DNA from: a virus
Length of the DNA: 64,000 bases
Strand: one strand, 5' to 3'
Virus record (IMG/VR): IMGVR_UViG_3300032235_001069
Coordinates: 21,693-85,692 of that record
Shown here: piece after piece, positions 28,280 through 37,597 of the stretch
Layout: each line of letters begins with the position of its first letter
How positions within the stretch are numbered: position 1 is the stretch's first letter
Translations under genes and position numbers: made by a program
Notes under the pieces: generated by a model
Told to the model about the DNA's origin: nothing
The model's input: the letters and a program-made list of their open reading frames with translations, nothing else
Databases searched by the model: none

Positions 28280-28549
28280 ATGACAGAAGAAGCCAAATTC
28301 CAAAAACTCTTTGAACAGAATGAAAAAGAAATAATTAAATGTCTGATCAATGAGACTAAAGAGCTTTATGACAAACTAGAAGCTTGGGAAAAGTGTGCTG
28401 AAAATCTTGTTGACTATGCTCATGAATTTGTGCATCAATTATCATTATGGGGCAAAGGTTACGATAGAAATGATAAACAAATTAAGCTTGCAGAAGACGC
28501 TATTGCAGAGTATATTAGATTGAAAAATGAAACGAAACCTAATGAATGA
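28280..28549 (+). CDS. Hypothetical protein
   Basis: ORF in operon. Confidence 0.55.
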   Translation: MTEEAKFQKLFEQNEKEIIKCLINETKELYDKLEAWEKCAENLVDYAHEFVHQLSLWGKGYDRNDKQIKLAEDAIAEYIRLKNETKPNE

Positions 28550-28766
28550 ATTGAAAGAAGGTATCGATGCATTGACTTATTTAGCCACTAATATGAAAGT
28601 TTACCTTGTAATTGGTCACAGTAATATTTACGGCAGTGATGTTCATAGCGTTCATCAAACAAAAGAATCAGCTGAGATGCAACAGCAATTCTTAGAGGAA
28701 TCTGACAATAAAGAAGAAGGAAAGTTCTATTTGGTTGAAGTGTTTGAAGTTGAGAATATAAAATAA
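28527..28766 (+). CDS. Hypothetical protein
   Basis: ORF in operon. Confidence 0.5.
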   Translation: MKRNLMNELKEGIDALTYLATNMKVYLVIGHSNIYGSDVHSVHQTKESAEMQQQFLEESDNKEEGKFYLVEVFEVENIK

Positions 28767-28771
28767 TAAAT

Positions 28772-29146
28772 ATGGCAATTGAAACACATTTCGACGCATG
28801 GATAAGATTCCCAGTGATCTCCGAATATGATCATGGGACGTTTGATCGTTTACATAAATTGCTTGGTTCGGTAGAAGATATCGAATATAGCTTTGCAATT
28901 GAATTCTCCTGTGGAGATGGAAAATATCTATCAGATCTAGACACAAAAGAGGAAATAGAAAAGTATGATGGTAATGTTTGTCTACTTACTCCTCCTCGTC
29001 TTAATGTAATTAAGATGTCTCAGATGCCAGAGCAAATGAAACCTAACAAAGATTACCGCTTTACTGTCAAATATAATCCCAAAACAGAAGAACAAATCTT
29101 CTACATCAATAGTAAAGTAAGAAGCAGAAAAGAAATAAGAAGATAA
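28772..29146 (+). CDS. Hypothetical protein
   Basis: ORF in operon. Confidence 0.6.
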   Translation: MAIETHFDAWIRFPVISEYDHGTFDRLHKLLGSVEDIEYSFAIEFSCGDGKYLSDLDTKEEIEKYDGNVCLLTPPRLNVIKMSQMPEQMKPNKDYRFTVKYNPKTEEQIFYINSKVRSRKEIRR

Positions 29147-29156
29147 TTTCGGGCTA

Positions 29157-29399
29157 ATGAAATTAAATTATCTAATAATCTTTGTTAGTCTTGTATTAAT
29201 AGACATTGTCTACATCTTTTATCTTAAGTATGTAGCTCAAAACAAAATAAATAAAGCATCTAGCTGGGCATCAGTTGTTACTCTCTTGAATGGAATTATA
29301 ATCATTAATTATTCCTCCGACATTTATAGCGTACTTTCTGCGATGATTGGCGCATATGTTGGCACTTTCATCTCAATGAAATTCTTTAATAAAGATTAA
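29157..29399 (+). CDS. Small membrane protein
   Basis: Three hydrophobic helices, 'GAYVGTF'. Confidence 0.65.
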   Translation: MKLNYLIIFVSLVLIDIVYIFYLKYVAQNKINKASSWASVVTLLNGIIIINYSSDIYSVLSAMIGAYVGTFISMKFFNKD

Positions 29400-29401
29400 A
29401 A

Positions 29402-29959
29402 ATGAAAAACTACGACGATCTAGTAAAAAAATATCCAGAACTCTTCGTTGTTGAAGAGGATTCTCAAGAGCCTTTTGCACATTTTGGTTTTGAATGTGGC
29501 ATTGGATGGTATGACATCATCGATAAAGCGTGCTATGTAATATATTCTGAATATAAACGTCACCTTTATTATGCAAAAAAGTACAAACAAGATTTAGACG
29601 ACATTGAAAAAACCATTCAAGAAAGGCAATCTTGGGATAAAGACAAGACTAGAGAATGGATTATTGCGCATACTGAAGCATCTTATAGCAGTTACAGCAA
29701 GATGGCAGAAGAAGAAAAAGAAAGATTGCCCAAAACAACCCAAATCAAAGAAAAATTTGGTACTTTGCGCTGGTATGTAAACAATGCCGACAAAACTTCT
29801 CAAAAAATCATTGACTTTGCGGAGCTAATGAGCGAGAATACCTGCGAAGTTTGCGGTGAATACGGTAAAACCTACACAACAGGCTGGCATAAAACTTTTT
29901 GCTTAAAACATGCTATTGAAAAATATGGAAAAGAAAAAGTTGATCAGTACAACAGTTGA
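29402..29959 (+). CDS. Conserved phage protein
   Basis: FECG.GW...QIKEKFGTLRWY...S..TCEVCG...GW.KT.C..H. Confidence 0.7.
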   Translation: MKNYDDLVKKYPELFVVEEDSQEPFAHFGFECGIGWYDIIDKACYVIYSEYKRHLYYAKKYKQDLDDIEKTIQERQSWDKDKTREWIIAHTEASYSSYSKMAEEEKERLPKTTQIKEKFGTLRWYVNNADKTSQKIIDFAELMSENTCEVCGEYGKTYTTGWHKTFCLKHAIEKYGKEKVDQYNS

Positions 29960-30135
29960 GAATGTAGAGACAACTGTAGCTTTCATCAGAGAACTTCAAA
30001 ACAGAATCAAACAATTAGAATCAGAAGCAAATAAAAACTACGACAAAGGATATGATATGGGCTACGAGACTGGCTATGAAGCTGGTTTAAACGCCGCATA
30101 CATATCTAGTCAACATCCAGAATAAAAGAATAAAT

Positions 30136-30606
30136 ATGATAACTGAAAAAAAAATGTCACTTAGCGAACTATTTGAAAGCTTTCCTTCTATTAATTTATC
30201 TCTAAAAGAAATTAGGGAAATTATTCCTGCAGAGGAAGTCATGAGTAGAAAATTTGTTTTCATAGACTCAGATTTATTGTTTGATATTGAAGAGGAGTTT
30301 GGGAGGAGTCTTGAAAAAGAAAGTCGCAAAAACGAAAGAAGAGAATTACCTCCACCTCCAGAAGTTCATTACTTTTCCTCTTTTGGTATTCACAGAATAA
30401 TGGAGGAAATGAACGATTTATGCGGTATGGATGAAATAGGTAGATCAGATTTGGAAGTATTAGGATTTGACTATGGCGAAGGTGGAGAAAATTGTCACAT
30501 TTATGAAATCCTTGATGAAGAAAAGTTTTTAAAAGGTAATGAACGATTTAATTTTAATTATAAGAATGTAGTTTTAACAAAGACAGATAAATACGATTCA
30601 ATATGA
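30136..30606 (+). CDS. Hypothetical protein, distant 'KYGI'-family member
   Basis: YEILDEEKF..G..RFNF near the C-terminus. Confidence 0.55.
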   Translation: MITEKKMSLSELFESFPSINLSLKEIREIIPAEEVMSRKFVFIDSDLLFDIEEEFGRSLEKESRKNERRELPPPPEVHYFSSFGIHRIMEEMNDLCGMDEIGRSDLEVLGFDYGEGGENCHIYEILDEEKFLKGNERFNFNYKNVVLTKTDKYDSI

Positions 30607-30953
30607 AATACCAAATCCGCAAAGTAGAAAAAGTAACCATCTGGGAAGCAACAGATGCAATTGAACTAAATCCTAAGTTCTTTAAGAAACTAAAAGATAA
30701 CCCATACAAGGGCTCGACAGAAGAAGATTTCCTAAAGTATATCAATTCTCTTCAATTCGATCTACCACAAGAACTAGAGGATATTGATTTCGAAACCTAT
30801 GATAAACTAAAAGATCTATTCGAAGGCGAAATGCAGAAAAAAATCTACAACTCAACAGCTGAACACTCCGAAGACTCTTGGCTCGAAATCGGTGACGTAG
30901 ATCCTAGCTATTCTAAAAAAGGTGGATTTAATTCTCGATTTGATACTCTTTAA
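30603..30953 (+). CDS. Hypothetical protein
   Basis: ORF in operon. Confidence 0.6.
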   Translation: MKYQIRKVEKVTIWEATDAIELNPKFFKKLKDNPYKGSTEEDFLKYINSLQFDLPQELEDIDFETYDKLKDLFEGEMQKKIYNSTAEHSEDSWLEIGDVDPSYSKKGGFNSRFDTL

Positions 30954-30956
30954 TGT

Positions 30957-31352
30957 ATGGGGCGCAATTATTGGGGTGATATAGAAGGTAAGTTTTGGTA
31001 TGGTATCCAATCGTCGGATGACGCTTCTTTTTTCAAGGAGCCATCCTTGATAAATGAAGATGACGATGGCGATGAAGTTTCTCTCACGTATTCCTTTGAT
31101 GAATCAGATATAGAGCTGTTAGAGGACGTACTTGAGGAAATAAATAACGAACTTGGCCCTTGGAAAGAAAAGATTGATAAGTTCTGTAACCTCAACGAAT
31201 CTTTTAGTGAAGATATCTTATGTAAAGAGACAGGTATCTTTGCGGAAGATAGCAAATCAATTCTAGCTTTATATGCTCGCATCAAACTAGGCAATCAAAT
31301 ACTAGATTGCGTTAAGGAGAATGGCGAATGTGTATTTGAATGTGAATTATAA
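30957..31352 (+). CDS. Conserved acidic phage protein
   Basis: MGR.Y.GDIEGKFW..IQSSDDA...LG.QI..C. Confidence 0.7.
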   Translation: MGRNYWGDIEGKFWYGIQSSDDASFFKEPSLINEDDDGDEVSLTYSFDESDIELLEDVLEEINNELGPWKEKIDKFCNLNESFSEDILCKETGIFAEDSKSILALYARIKLGNQILDCVKENGECVFECEL

Positions 31353-31355
31353 TTA

Positions 31356-31712
31356 ATGAGTGAAGCAATAAAGTCTTTACTTCCATATGATATGGCAAGG
31401 GGAGGTCAGGTAATAGAAAAGCTTGACCTTACCTTTGCTAATCATAACAGAAAAAATAAGCTTCATTCATACGCTACATCCAAGATGGATGATTTGCGTA
31501 AACAGTATGAAGATACTATCGCCCCATGGGAATGGAACGAATACGTCGATACATTCGACATAGGCTTCGAACCCGTCGTAGGTAAGACGTACTATCTATA
31601 CGAAGGCGTAACCAAATTCGTATCCATACTCAGTCCAAAAGAGTTCAGGAAAAAATCATTAGGTACAATCAAATTGTCTAGTGATGGTTATTGGATCAAG
31701 TTGGATGAATAA
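31356..31712 (+). CDS. DUF2452-like protein
   Basis: LLPY...FEPVVGKTYYLY...SILSP.E...L.SDGYW. Confidence 0.6.
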   Translation: MSEAIKSLLPYDMARGGQVIEKLDLTFANHNRKNKLHSYATSKMDDLRKQYEDTIAPWEWNEYVDTFDIGFEPVVGKTYYLYEGVTKFVSILSPKEFRKKSLGTIKLSSDGYWIKLDE

Positions 31713-31974
31713 TATTATTTATCTTTCCAATAGGGATGTCTGGAAAATATTTTCCATAACTTCTGCAAATAACAGAAAAGGAATCAAGCCTTTTAAATTT
31801 GAGGATGTTGGTTTGAAATTTGTAGATGAATTAGATGAATTTGTGGAAGACAATCTCAATATTCAAGAGCCTTATAATGCAGATACTATTGTAGAAAAAA
31901 AACGACGCTTTGAAGTAATAGACAAAAAAGAGTTTATATTTTTTGCAATTAAGTATGGCATAAATTATAATTAA
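31705..31974 (+). CDS. Small protein, 'KYGI' family
   Basis: Ends FEVIDKKEFIFFAIKYGINYN. Confidence 0.65.
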   Translation: MNNIIYLSNRDVWKIFSITSANNRKGIKPFKFEDVGLKFVDELDEFVEDNLNIQEPYNADTIVEKKRRFEVIDKKEFIFFAIKYGINYN

Positions 31975-32317
31975 TTATATGCGAAAGCTTTTTCGTTTTT
32001 ATTGTCTTGACTGCGACAACGCATGGCTTGAAATCCTCAATGCAGATGAGATGCATTCAAGGTGTGAATACTGTAATAGTTTACAAACAGCAGAAGTGCT
32101 AGATTAGGGGTAAAAAATCAAATTACAATCGCGGCTGAATGTAATTTATAATGAATTTTTATTCCAGTTTTCTATTTGCTCTCTGTAGTTTGTAATGAGA
32201 TGCAGTGTTTGTGGTGATTTAATGTAATTAGCCTAGTATATTACTGACTCGGCTCCAACAGAAGCGGAAAGAAATTTAATAATCGAATCGTTGTCATTTC
32301 ATAACGACTCATTATGG

Positions 32318-32339
32318 ACTAGGTAATTTTTGCCTAGTA
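32318..32339. repeat. Isolated CTAGG(C/T)AATTTTTGCCTAG palindrome
   Basis: actaggtaatttttgcctagta. Confidence 0.85.
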
Positions 32340-32402
32340 AATTAAAAAACGTCAAAGCCGAATGGCCAATGAACGTTGGTTTGTATTGGCGTTTGTTACA
32401 AA

Positions 32403-32900
32403 TTAACGATACGTTAATACGTATAAGGCTAACCAAAGCCAAGTGATATTGTCGGAACCTATATCGTAAAGGATAGTAGAGATCAAGTTAGTCATGTTCT
32501 TGGCTTGCTTTATCGTCTCAACAGAAGCGGAGAAGTCCAAAATGTTATCTGGGGACATGTAAATAGAGTCAAAAGCACTTACTTGCCCACTCGACTCACT
32601 GCCACGTAAAGCATCAAGATTATTAGAATTACCATCATATTGTTGGTTATTATAAGCCGACGCTAACGCCTTTTCCACAGGTTCGACAGGATACGCCAAA
32701 CAAACGATCTTATCAGCAGCAATAGGAGAAGAAACAATAGTAGAATGAGAGACAGAAGAAATAGAAGAAGAAGATAAAGAAGATGGTAAAGATGAAAGAT
32801 TAGATGAAGAAGATGATTTTGAATGAGTGGAACTTTCACGTTTGCCTAACTCTCCCGTTTGTTTTATTTTACTCCTTTCACTAGGCTTTAATCTGCTCAT
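32403..32900 (-). CDS. Hypothetical protein with Ser-rich N-terminal tract
   Basis: Start MSRLKP at 32900 has GTGTAA 8 nt upstream, as other genes do. Confidence 0.55.
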   Translation of the reverse strand: MSRLKPSERSKIKQTGELGKRESSTHSKSSSSSNLSSLPSSLSSSSISSVSHSTIVSSPIAADKIVCLAYPVEPVEKALASAYNNQQYDGNSNNLDALRGSESSGQVSAFDSIYMSPDNILDFSASVETIKQAKNMTNLISTILYDIGSDNITWLWLALYVLTYR

Positions 32901-32970
32901 GCAACGATTTACACGGACGTAGAACCGACGAGACAAAATATTTTGTAACTTATTGCAGACACAAAACTTA

Positions 32971-33233
32971 CAAAAATTTCTTACGATGGGCCAAATAATA
33001 CAACTAGGCAAATTTTGCCTAGTAGCTCAAAAAAACCCAAAAAATTTCATGACCTCGGCCAAATAAAGAGGTAGGCAATTTTTGCCTAGTACGTAAAAAA
33101 CTCAAAAAATTTCATATAATGGGCCAAATAAGCGCCCCTCCCAACTAGGCAAATTTTGCCTAGTAATAAAAAAGCAAAAAATTCCCAGCCGCCAGGCAAA
33201 TAAAGACCAGGGCAACTAGGCAATTTTTGCCTA
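32971..33233. repeat. Four ~70-bp tandem units, each with the TAGGCAA(A/T)TTTTGCCTA palindrome (candidate origin or packaging/terminus signal)
   Basis: TAGGC at 33005, 33072, 33146, 33217; linkers share CAAAAAATTTC and GG(C)CAAATAA. Confidence 0.85.
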
Positions 33234-33420
33234 CCATCTAGTTATCGCCACCGATATGGTTAGTCACACAATTTCTTTTGTTTCTATGCTATTATATAGT
33301 AACACAAATCTAAACGTATTTCGCGCAATCAAATCAAATCAAACGTTAGGTAAGACAATCAAACAAAAACAAAAAGAATCTTGTTAGTTAATTTTTTATC
33401 ATTTAAATGCGCCAAGGGGC

Positions 33421-33450
33421 TTGACAACCTCACTTCTTTCTGATTTAATC
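33421..33450 (+). promoter_or_regulatory. Sigma70-like promoter for AT-hook gene
   Basis: TTGACA-N17-TTTAAT, ATG 9 nt downstream. Confidence 0.6.
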
Positions 33451-33458
33451 TCTCCCAT

Positions 33459-33758
33459 ATGAATACCCAATCCTATGCTCAAACCGTAAACGAAACTGCA
33501 GCAACCAAGCGTGGACGCGGTCGCCCATCTGGTTCCAACAGTTTTGCAAACGCACAAATCAAACAGTTGCTTACACTTCTGTCTGAAGATGCAGTTATCC
33601 CAGTGTCGCGCATCTGGTTACGTGATACATTTGGTGCGATTGCAGAGCCCGCACCTGTCATCATCAACACGGCCAATAACACTGTAGTAGAAAACCAAAC
33701 AGAAGAAAAAATTCAGTTCCACATCGAAAAATTTGAGGACGCGAATTGTCCTTTTTAA
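33459..33758 (+). CDS. AT-hook DNA-binding protein
   Basis: KRGRGRPSGS. Confidence 0.7.
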   Translation: MNTQSYAQTVNETAATKRGRGRPSGSNSFANAQIKQLLTLLSEDAVIPVSRIWLRDTFGAIAEPAPVIINTANNTVVENQTEEKIQFHIEKFEDANCPF

Positions 33759-33794
33759 TTGACATTTAAATTCAACCCCTATATATTTGCTCAC

Positions 33795-34718
33795 ATGTTT
33801 GACAACCTCATTGGACAATCCGAAATCAAAGATCAACTGGGCTTCTACTCGAAAGCCTATCAAAAGACTGGTACTGTGCCATTTATATTGCTGAATGGTG
33901 CTAAAGGCTTGGGTAAGACCGAGTTCCTAAAAGCATTCAGCAAGACTATCACCAATAGTGATGGCAAGCCGCGCCCCATGCTGGAACTAAACTCCAGCAC
34001 AATCAAGAACAATACAATGTTCTTTGAGCAGATCTTCCTACCCATCGTGCAGGGAAACGAAGTAACTCTTTTCTTCGATGAGTGCCATGCACTCCCCAAC
34101 GATCTGGTGATGGCATTCCCATCCATCCTCAATACAGAACGTACACCTTATAAGGAGTTCAACTGGAGAGAGTACACCTTTACTTTTGATTTCACTAAGA
34201 TCTCCATGATCTTTGCGACTACTGAGTTAGATAAACTATTTCCTCCTCTTAAGGATCGGCTGACTGTTCTTGATTTCAAACCATATAATCAAAATAAGTT
34301 AGCCGCAATCATCAAGGGTCGCTTGCCAGATGTAGAGTTCGAAGATGGTCTGCTGGAAGAGATTGCCACCACTACCAGAGGTAATGCGCGTGATGCAGTT
34401 AAGCGTGCAAAACAAATTGAGTTGTATTGTGAAACCAATAACTCTAATCTGTTTCTCAAAGATGAGTGGAATGATCTTCGCAAAGTGCTTGGTATCAAAC
34501 CTTTGGGGCTTTCTAATACAGAGTTGCAAGTGCTTGAGATTCTTAACACTAGGGGGCCATCTACCCTACAGACTATCGCAGCAGTAACTGGCATGAGTCG
34601 TACTGCAATCCAGAAGGATGCTGAACTGTATCTCCTACAGCGTGGACTCATGAAGATCAATGGTGTTCGTGAGCTTACCAAAGCAGGATCAGATCTAATC
34701 AAACAAATGTCAGAGTAG
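33795..34718 (+). CDS. ruvB: Holliday-junction branch-migration helicase RuvB-like
   Basis: FDNLIGQ, GAKGLGKT, FFDECH, FATT, PLKDR, RGNAR, LG....GL, E.YLLQ.G, G.R; start moved to ATG 33795 (TTG at 33759 is part of a TTGACA box). Confidence 0.85.
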   Translation: MFDNLIGQSEIKDQLGFYSKAYQKTGTVPFILLNGAKGLGKTEFLKAFSKTITNSDGKPRPMLELNSSTIKNNTMFFEQIFLPIVQGNEVTLFFDECHALPNDLVMAFPSILNTERTPYKEFNWREYTFTFDFTKISMIFATTELDKLFPPLKDRLTVLDFKPYNQNKLAAIIKGRLPDVEFEDGLLEEIATTTRGNARDAVKRAKQIELYCETNNSNLFLKDEWNDLRKVLGIKPLGLSNTELQVLEILNTRGPSTLQTIAAVTGMSRTAIQKDAELYLLQRGLMKINGVRELTKAGSDLIKQMSE

Positions 34719-34733
34719 AGAGTAGTCAAACAG

Positions 34734-34756
34734 CCCCCCTTCGAGTGAAGGGGGGT
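34734..34756 (+). terminator. Hairpin/terminator after ruvB
   Basis: CCCCCCTTC-GAGT-GAAGGGGGG. Confidence 0.65.
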
Positions 34757-34765
34757 AACTCTTTT

Positions 34766-35014
34766 ATGAAAGCGCAATACATCTTCAGACACATAAGCAA
34801 GAGAAAGTCAAGAACTATCTTGTTCCATTGCTTGTATGATCCCAAAACATTGCGCATTATTGCAATGAGTGCATTCAACTTCGACGATGGAGTAGCTAAA
34901 GAATGCGACTACTCGCTCTTCACCGACGAAGAGCTGAACTACACGCTCGCGTGGCTCGAACTAATGCTAGAGACTAAATCGTGGGAGGAAGATAAGCAGG
35001 AAGATAAAGAATAG
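34766..35014 (+). CDS. Hypothetical protein
   Basis: ORF from ATG 34766. Confidence 0.5.
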   Translation: MKAQYIFRHISKRKSRTILFHCLYDPKTLRIIAMSAFNFDDGVAKECDYSLFTDEELNYTLAWLELMLETKSWEEDKQEDKE

Positions 35015-35061
35015 TCAAGAGTAAAAATTAACAAAAATTATTCTAAATAAGACGAAATAAG

Positions 35062-35090
35062 TAGGCAAAAACTGCCAGGGGGAGCCCTGG
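35062..35090 (+). repeat. Left boundary element of cassette array (inverted repeat of 44630-44659)
   Basis: TAGGCAAAAACTG-CCAGGGGGAGCCCTGG. Confidence 0.8.
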
Positions 35091-35197
35091 TCAGAAAAGA
35101 CTACACCCCACCCTTTCGGGTGAGGTGTTTTTTATTGGGGGGAAATTTATTTACTTTTTATTCTTGCTTGCCAGTGCGAACACAACTAGTAGAACAA

Positions 35198-35752
35198 TTA
35201 AGATTTGCATTTGCTGGGGGCATATGGCTCTCCTGTTTCTAGGTTGATGAGGACAACGTCGTCGAGATGTCCTCCGTCTTTTGCGTTCTTGGCATAGGTA
35301 TCAAGCATAAGGCTTGGCGTTACATGTCTTGCATATACATAGATCTTGCCACTTGCAACGTTTCTGATTGCCCACTTGGCGTTCTTTGGTACGCAGAGCC
35401 ACTTGCTGCTGTCGTAGCATCTCTCGACAGGTATTCCCAGCTTCTTCATCCAAGACTTCCAAGTAGGCCCATGCCCCCAACCCTTGTTAACTTCCCAATC
35501 TAAAGCGTGCGCCCATTCGTGTAAAATAGTTTCTTTTGCTTTTTTTAAGAAGTTCGGGCTGTTCTTGTTTATGTGTATTATGTGGGTGGAAAGCTCGATT
35601 CGTTTTGTCTTTCCATTATCAGATCTCCAAGCCCTGCCCATTACAGTTCTAAGCCTTTTGTTCCATTTGATTTCCCACCCTTCTAGGATGGGATACTGGA
35701 GTTTGATCTGAGCAGAGATGTCTTTGAACAATGTATTTACTTCGGCAATCAT
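35198..35752 (-). CDS. SprT-like zinc metalloprotease
   Basis: WNKRL...GRA, TILHEWAHA, GHGPTWK. Confidence 0.85.
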   Translation of the reverse strand: MIAEVNTLFKDISAQIKLQYPILEGWEIKWNKRLRTVMGRAWRSDNGKTKRIELSTHIIHINKNSPNFLKKAKETILHEWAHALDWEVNKGWGHGPTWKSWMKKLGIPVERCYDSSKWLCVPKNAKWAIRNVASGKIYVYARHVTPSLMLDTYAKNAKDGGHLDDVVLINLETGEPYAPSKCKS

Positions 35753-35753
35753 A

Positions 35754-35939
35754 TTAGTCTTCGTTTCTAAATTTAATCTCATCTTGGATGTAGTCAAGCA
35801 AATTTAGGATACCATCCATATGTTCGCGCATTTCATCTGTCCACTCAATTTTCTCATCCATGAGTTTGTAGAGTGTTTGTTTTTGTTTGTCTAACAGAAC
35901 TGGACAAACTGTTATTTCGATGTCGTACAATTTATTCAT
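35754..35939 (-). CDS. Hypothetical protein
   Basis: ORF. Confidence 0.55.
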   Translation of the reverse strand: MNKLYDIEITVCPVLLDKQKQTLYKLMDEKIEWTDEMREHMDGILNLLDYIQDEIKFRNED

Positions 35940-35958
35940 ATTTTTTAGCAATTTAAAT

Positions 35959-36033
35959 TGGCGATTCTAGCTGGATTCGAACCAGCAATAATTCTTTAGA
36001 AGAGAACTGTGATGTCCATTTCACTATAGAATC
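35959..36033 (-). tRNA. tRNA-Arg(TCT)
   Basis: Reverse-complement cloverleaf, CTTCTAA loop, GCCA end. Confidence 0.9.
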
Positions 36034-36074
36034 TTTGTTCACTGGGATAAATTCAAAGTGTAAACACTTGAACT

Positions 36075-36560
36075 ATGGACAAGAGTATTTTAGCAGAGAT
36101 GATAAGTCAAGGATTTTCCACCAGAGAAATTTCGAAAAAAATGAATTGCGGCCAAACAAATGTTATGTATTGGATGCGAAAACATAATTTAAATATTTTA
36201 ACTAAAGTGAAGAGCGAAAAAACTTGTCCAAAATGCAAGCAAATTTTAGATCTTTCTTTTTTTTACCAAAGGAGAGGAAAAATTGGAGGATCAGTTTATT
36301 GCAAAGGCTGCACTAACTCACAAGCAATGGAGAGGCAGAAAAAATTAAAAATACAATGCGTTGAATACAAGGGTGGCTGTTGTCAAGTTTGTAATTATTC
36401 TAAATCTTTATCCGCTTTGGAATTTCATCACTTGAATCCAAGCGAAAAGGAATTTAGTTTATCTAGCAAAAAATCGTTTTCTTTCAACGAGCTGATAAAA
36501 AAGGAACTGGATAAATGCATTTTGCTTTGCGCAAATTGCCATAGGGAACAACATGACTAG
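36075..36560 (+). CDS. HNH homing endonuclease with N-terminal HTH; paralog of 5930..6274
   Basis: GGCCQVCNY.K..SALEFHH...KCILLCANCHRE. Confidence 0.85.
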   Translation: MDKSILAEMISQGFSTREISKKMNCGQTNVMYWMRKHNLNILTKVKSEKTCPKCKQILDLSFFYQRRGKIGGSVYCKGCTNSQAMERQKKLKIQCVEYKGGCCQVCNYSKSLSALEFHHLNPSEKEFSLSSKKSFSFNELIKKELDKCILLCANCHREQHD

Positions 36561-36892
36561 ACTGAGCTATGGGTACTGGAAAGATCAATGCTCTTGCGGT
36601 GATATTCTTCACCATAAACTCTTTCTGTCAAGACAATTTCGACTTTGCCTGACGGATAAACATACACCTCACCATAAGTGCCAAGAAAATAATCGAACTT
36701 TGGATAATGTTCTCTTAGAAAATCAGCAACTGCATCTCCGTAGTCGTCGCCCATCTTGACGCACGCGCCTTCCATATATGCTGCCGCATCAAACCATTCG
36801 AAGATACGGTCTTGAGCAGACCAGTTAAAGATGGCATAGTCTAGCTTACCACTCTTCAGAAACTCAACAAGATCAAGCAATGTCTTTTCCAT
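36557..36892 (-). CDS. Hypothetical early protein
   Basis: ORF directly after TTGCAT-N16-TATCAT promoter. Confidence 0.65.
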   Translation of the reverse strand: MEKTLLDLVEFLKSGKLDYAIFNWSAQDRIFEWFDAAAYMEGACVKMGDDYGDAVADFLREHYPKFDYFLGTYGEVYVYPSGKVEIVLTERVYGEEYHRKSIDLSSTHSSV

Positions 36893-36924
36893 ATGCGATA
36901 CATGATAGCCAGTGTTAGGGAGAA

Positions 36925-36999
36925 TGCAACACTTATTTCAAAAAATATTTACGCACTTGTGCGTAATAACACTTGACAGGGAGCCAGGGCTATCCCTGG
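36925..36999. repeat. Cassette-junction element A
   Basis: TTACGCAC-TT-GTGCGTAA; TTGACA; CCAGGG-CTAT-CCCTGG. Confidence 0.9.
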
Positions 37000-37022
37000 A
37001 ACGTAACCACCTCATTCTGAGG

Positions 37023-37108
37023 TGGTACGGGGAGTGGGACTCGAACCCACACGCTCTAACGAGCATCAAATTTTAAGTCTGATGTGGCTGCCATTACACC
37101 ATCCCCGC
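37023..37108 (-). tRNA. tRNA-Leu(TAA)
   Basis: Reverse-complement cloverleaf with long variable arm, CTTAAAA loop, CCA. Confidence 0.93.
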
Positions 37109-37534
37109 TTTTCTTTTCTTGTTTCTCCAGTTGTCTGTCAAAGCATGACAGTTGCAACATAAGAGTTGAAGATTTTCAAAATTGTTATTGGTTCTATTTC
37201 CATCTACATGGTGAAGCTCCAAAGGGATACTATCACTCAACCATTCACTTTGCAAGCATTTTTCGCATTTGTGGCCTTTTTCATTTATTAAATGAGAACG
37301 AAGATTCTTTGTTCTTTTGTAGGAAGACCAATCTTTAATCCTTTGATCTTTGCTCCAAAGTTGACCAGTGAAATGCGACGTTTCTAAATTTAGTTTAGCA
37401 ATCTTTGTCTTGACTGTATCAAAGTTTCCACCAGCTTCCTTTAGATCCAAAAATCTAAGGACTTCAGAAATGGATTTGCTTTTCTTAACCGCATTAATCA
37501 AATCCTCTTCTGTGTATCGTCTATACTTTCTCAT
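37094..37534 (-). CDS. HNH homing endonuclease (3' end overlaps tRNA-Leu)
   Basis: CEKC...LELHHVDGNRTNN..ENLQLLCCNCHALT. Confidence 0.9.
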   Translation of the reverse strand: MRKYRRYTEEDLINAVKKSKSISEVLRFLDLKEAGGNFDTVKTKIAKLNLETSHFTGQLWSKDQRIKDWSSYKRTKNLRSHLINEKGHKCEKCLQSEWLSDSIPLELHHVDGNRTNNNFENLQLLCCNCHALTDNWRNKKRKAGMV

Positions 37535-37597
37535 GCTTTATTTTACACTAAAAAGGTAGACGAAGAATCAATTTGATTGCGAGACTGCCGAAGAAAG

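Noticed and set aside
32403-33011. Full 202-aa ORF starting at 33011
   Set aside because: The upstream TTG lies in the palindrome array. The ATG at 32900 has the GTGTAA motif and is preferred.
32971-33233. CRISPR array
   Set aside because: The 'spacers' share motifs with each other, the repeats vary, and there are no cas genes. It fits an iteron-like tandem repeat better.
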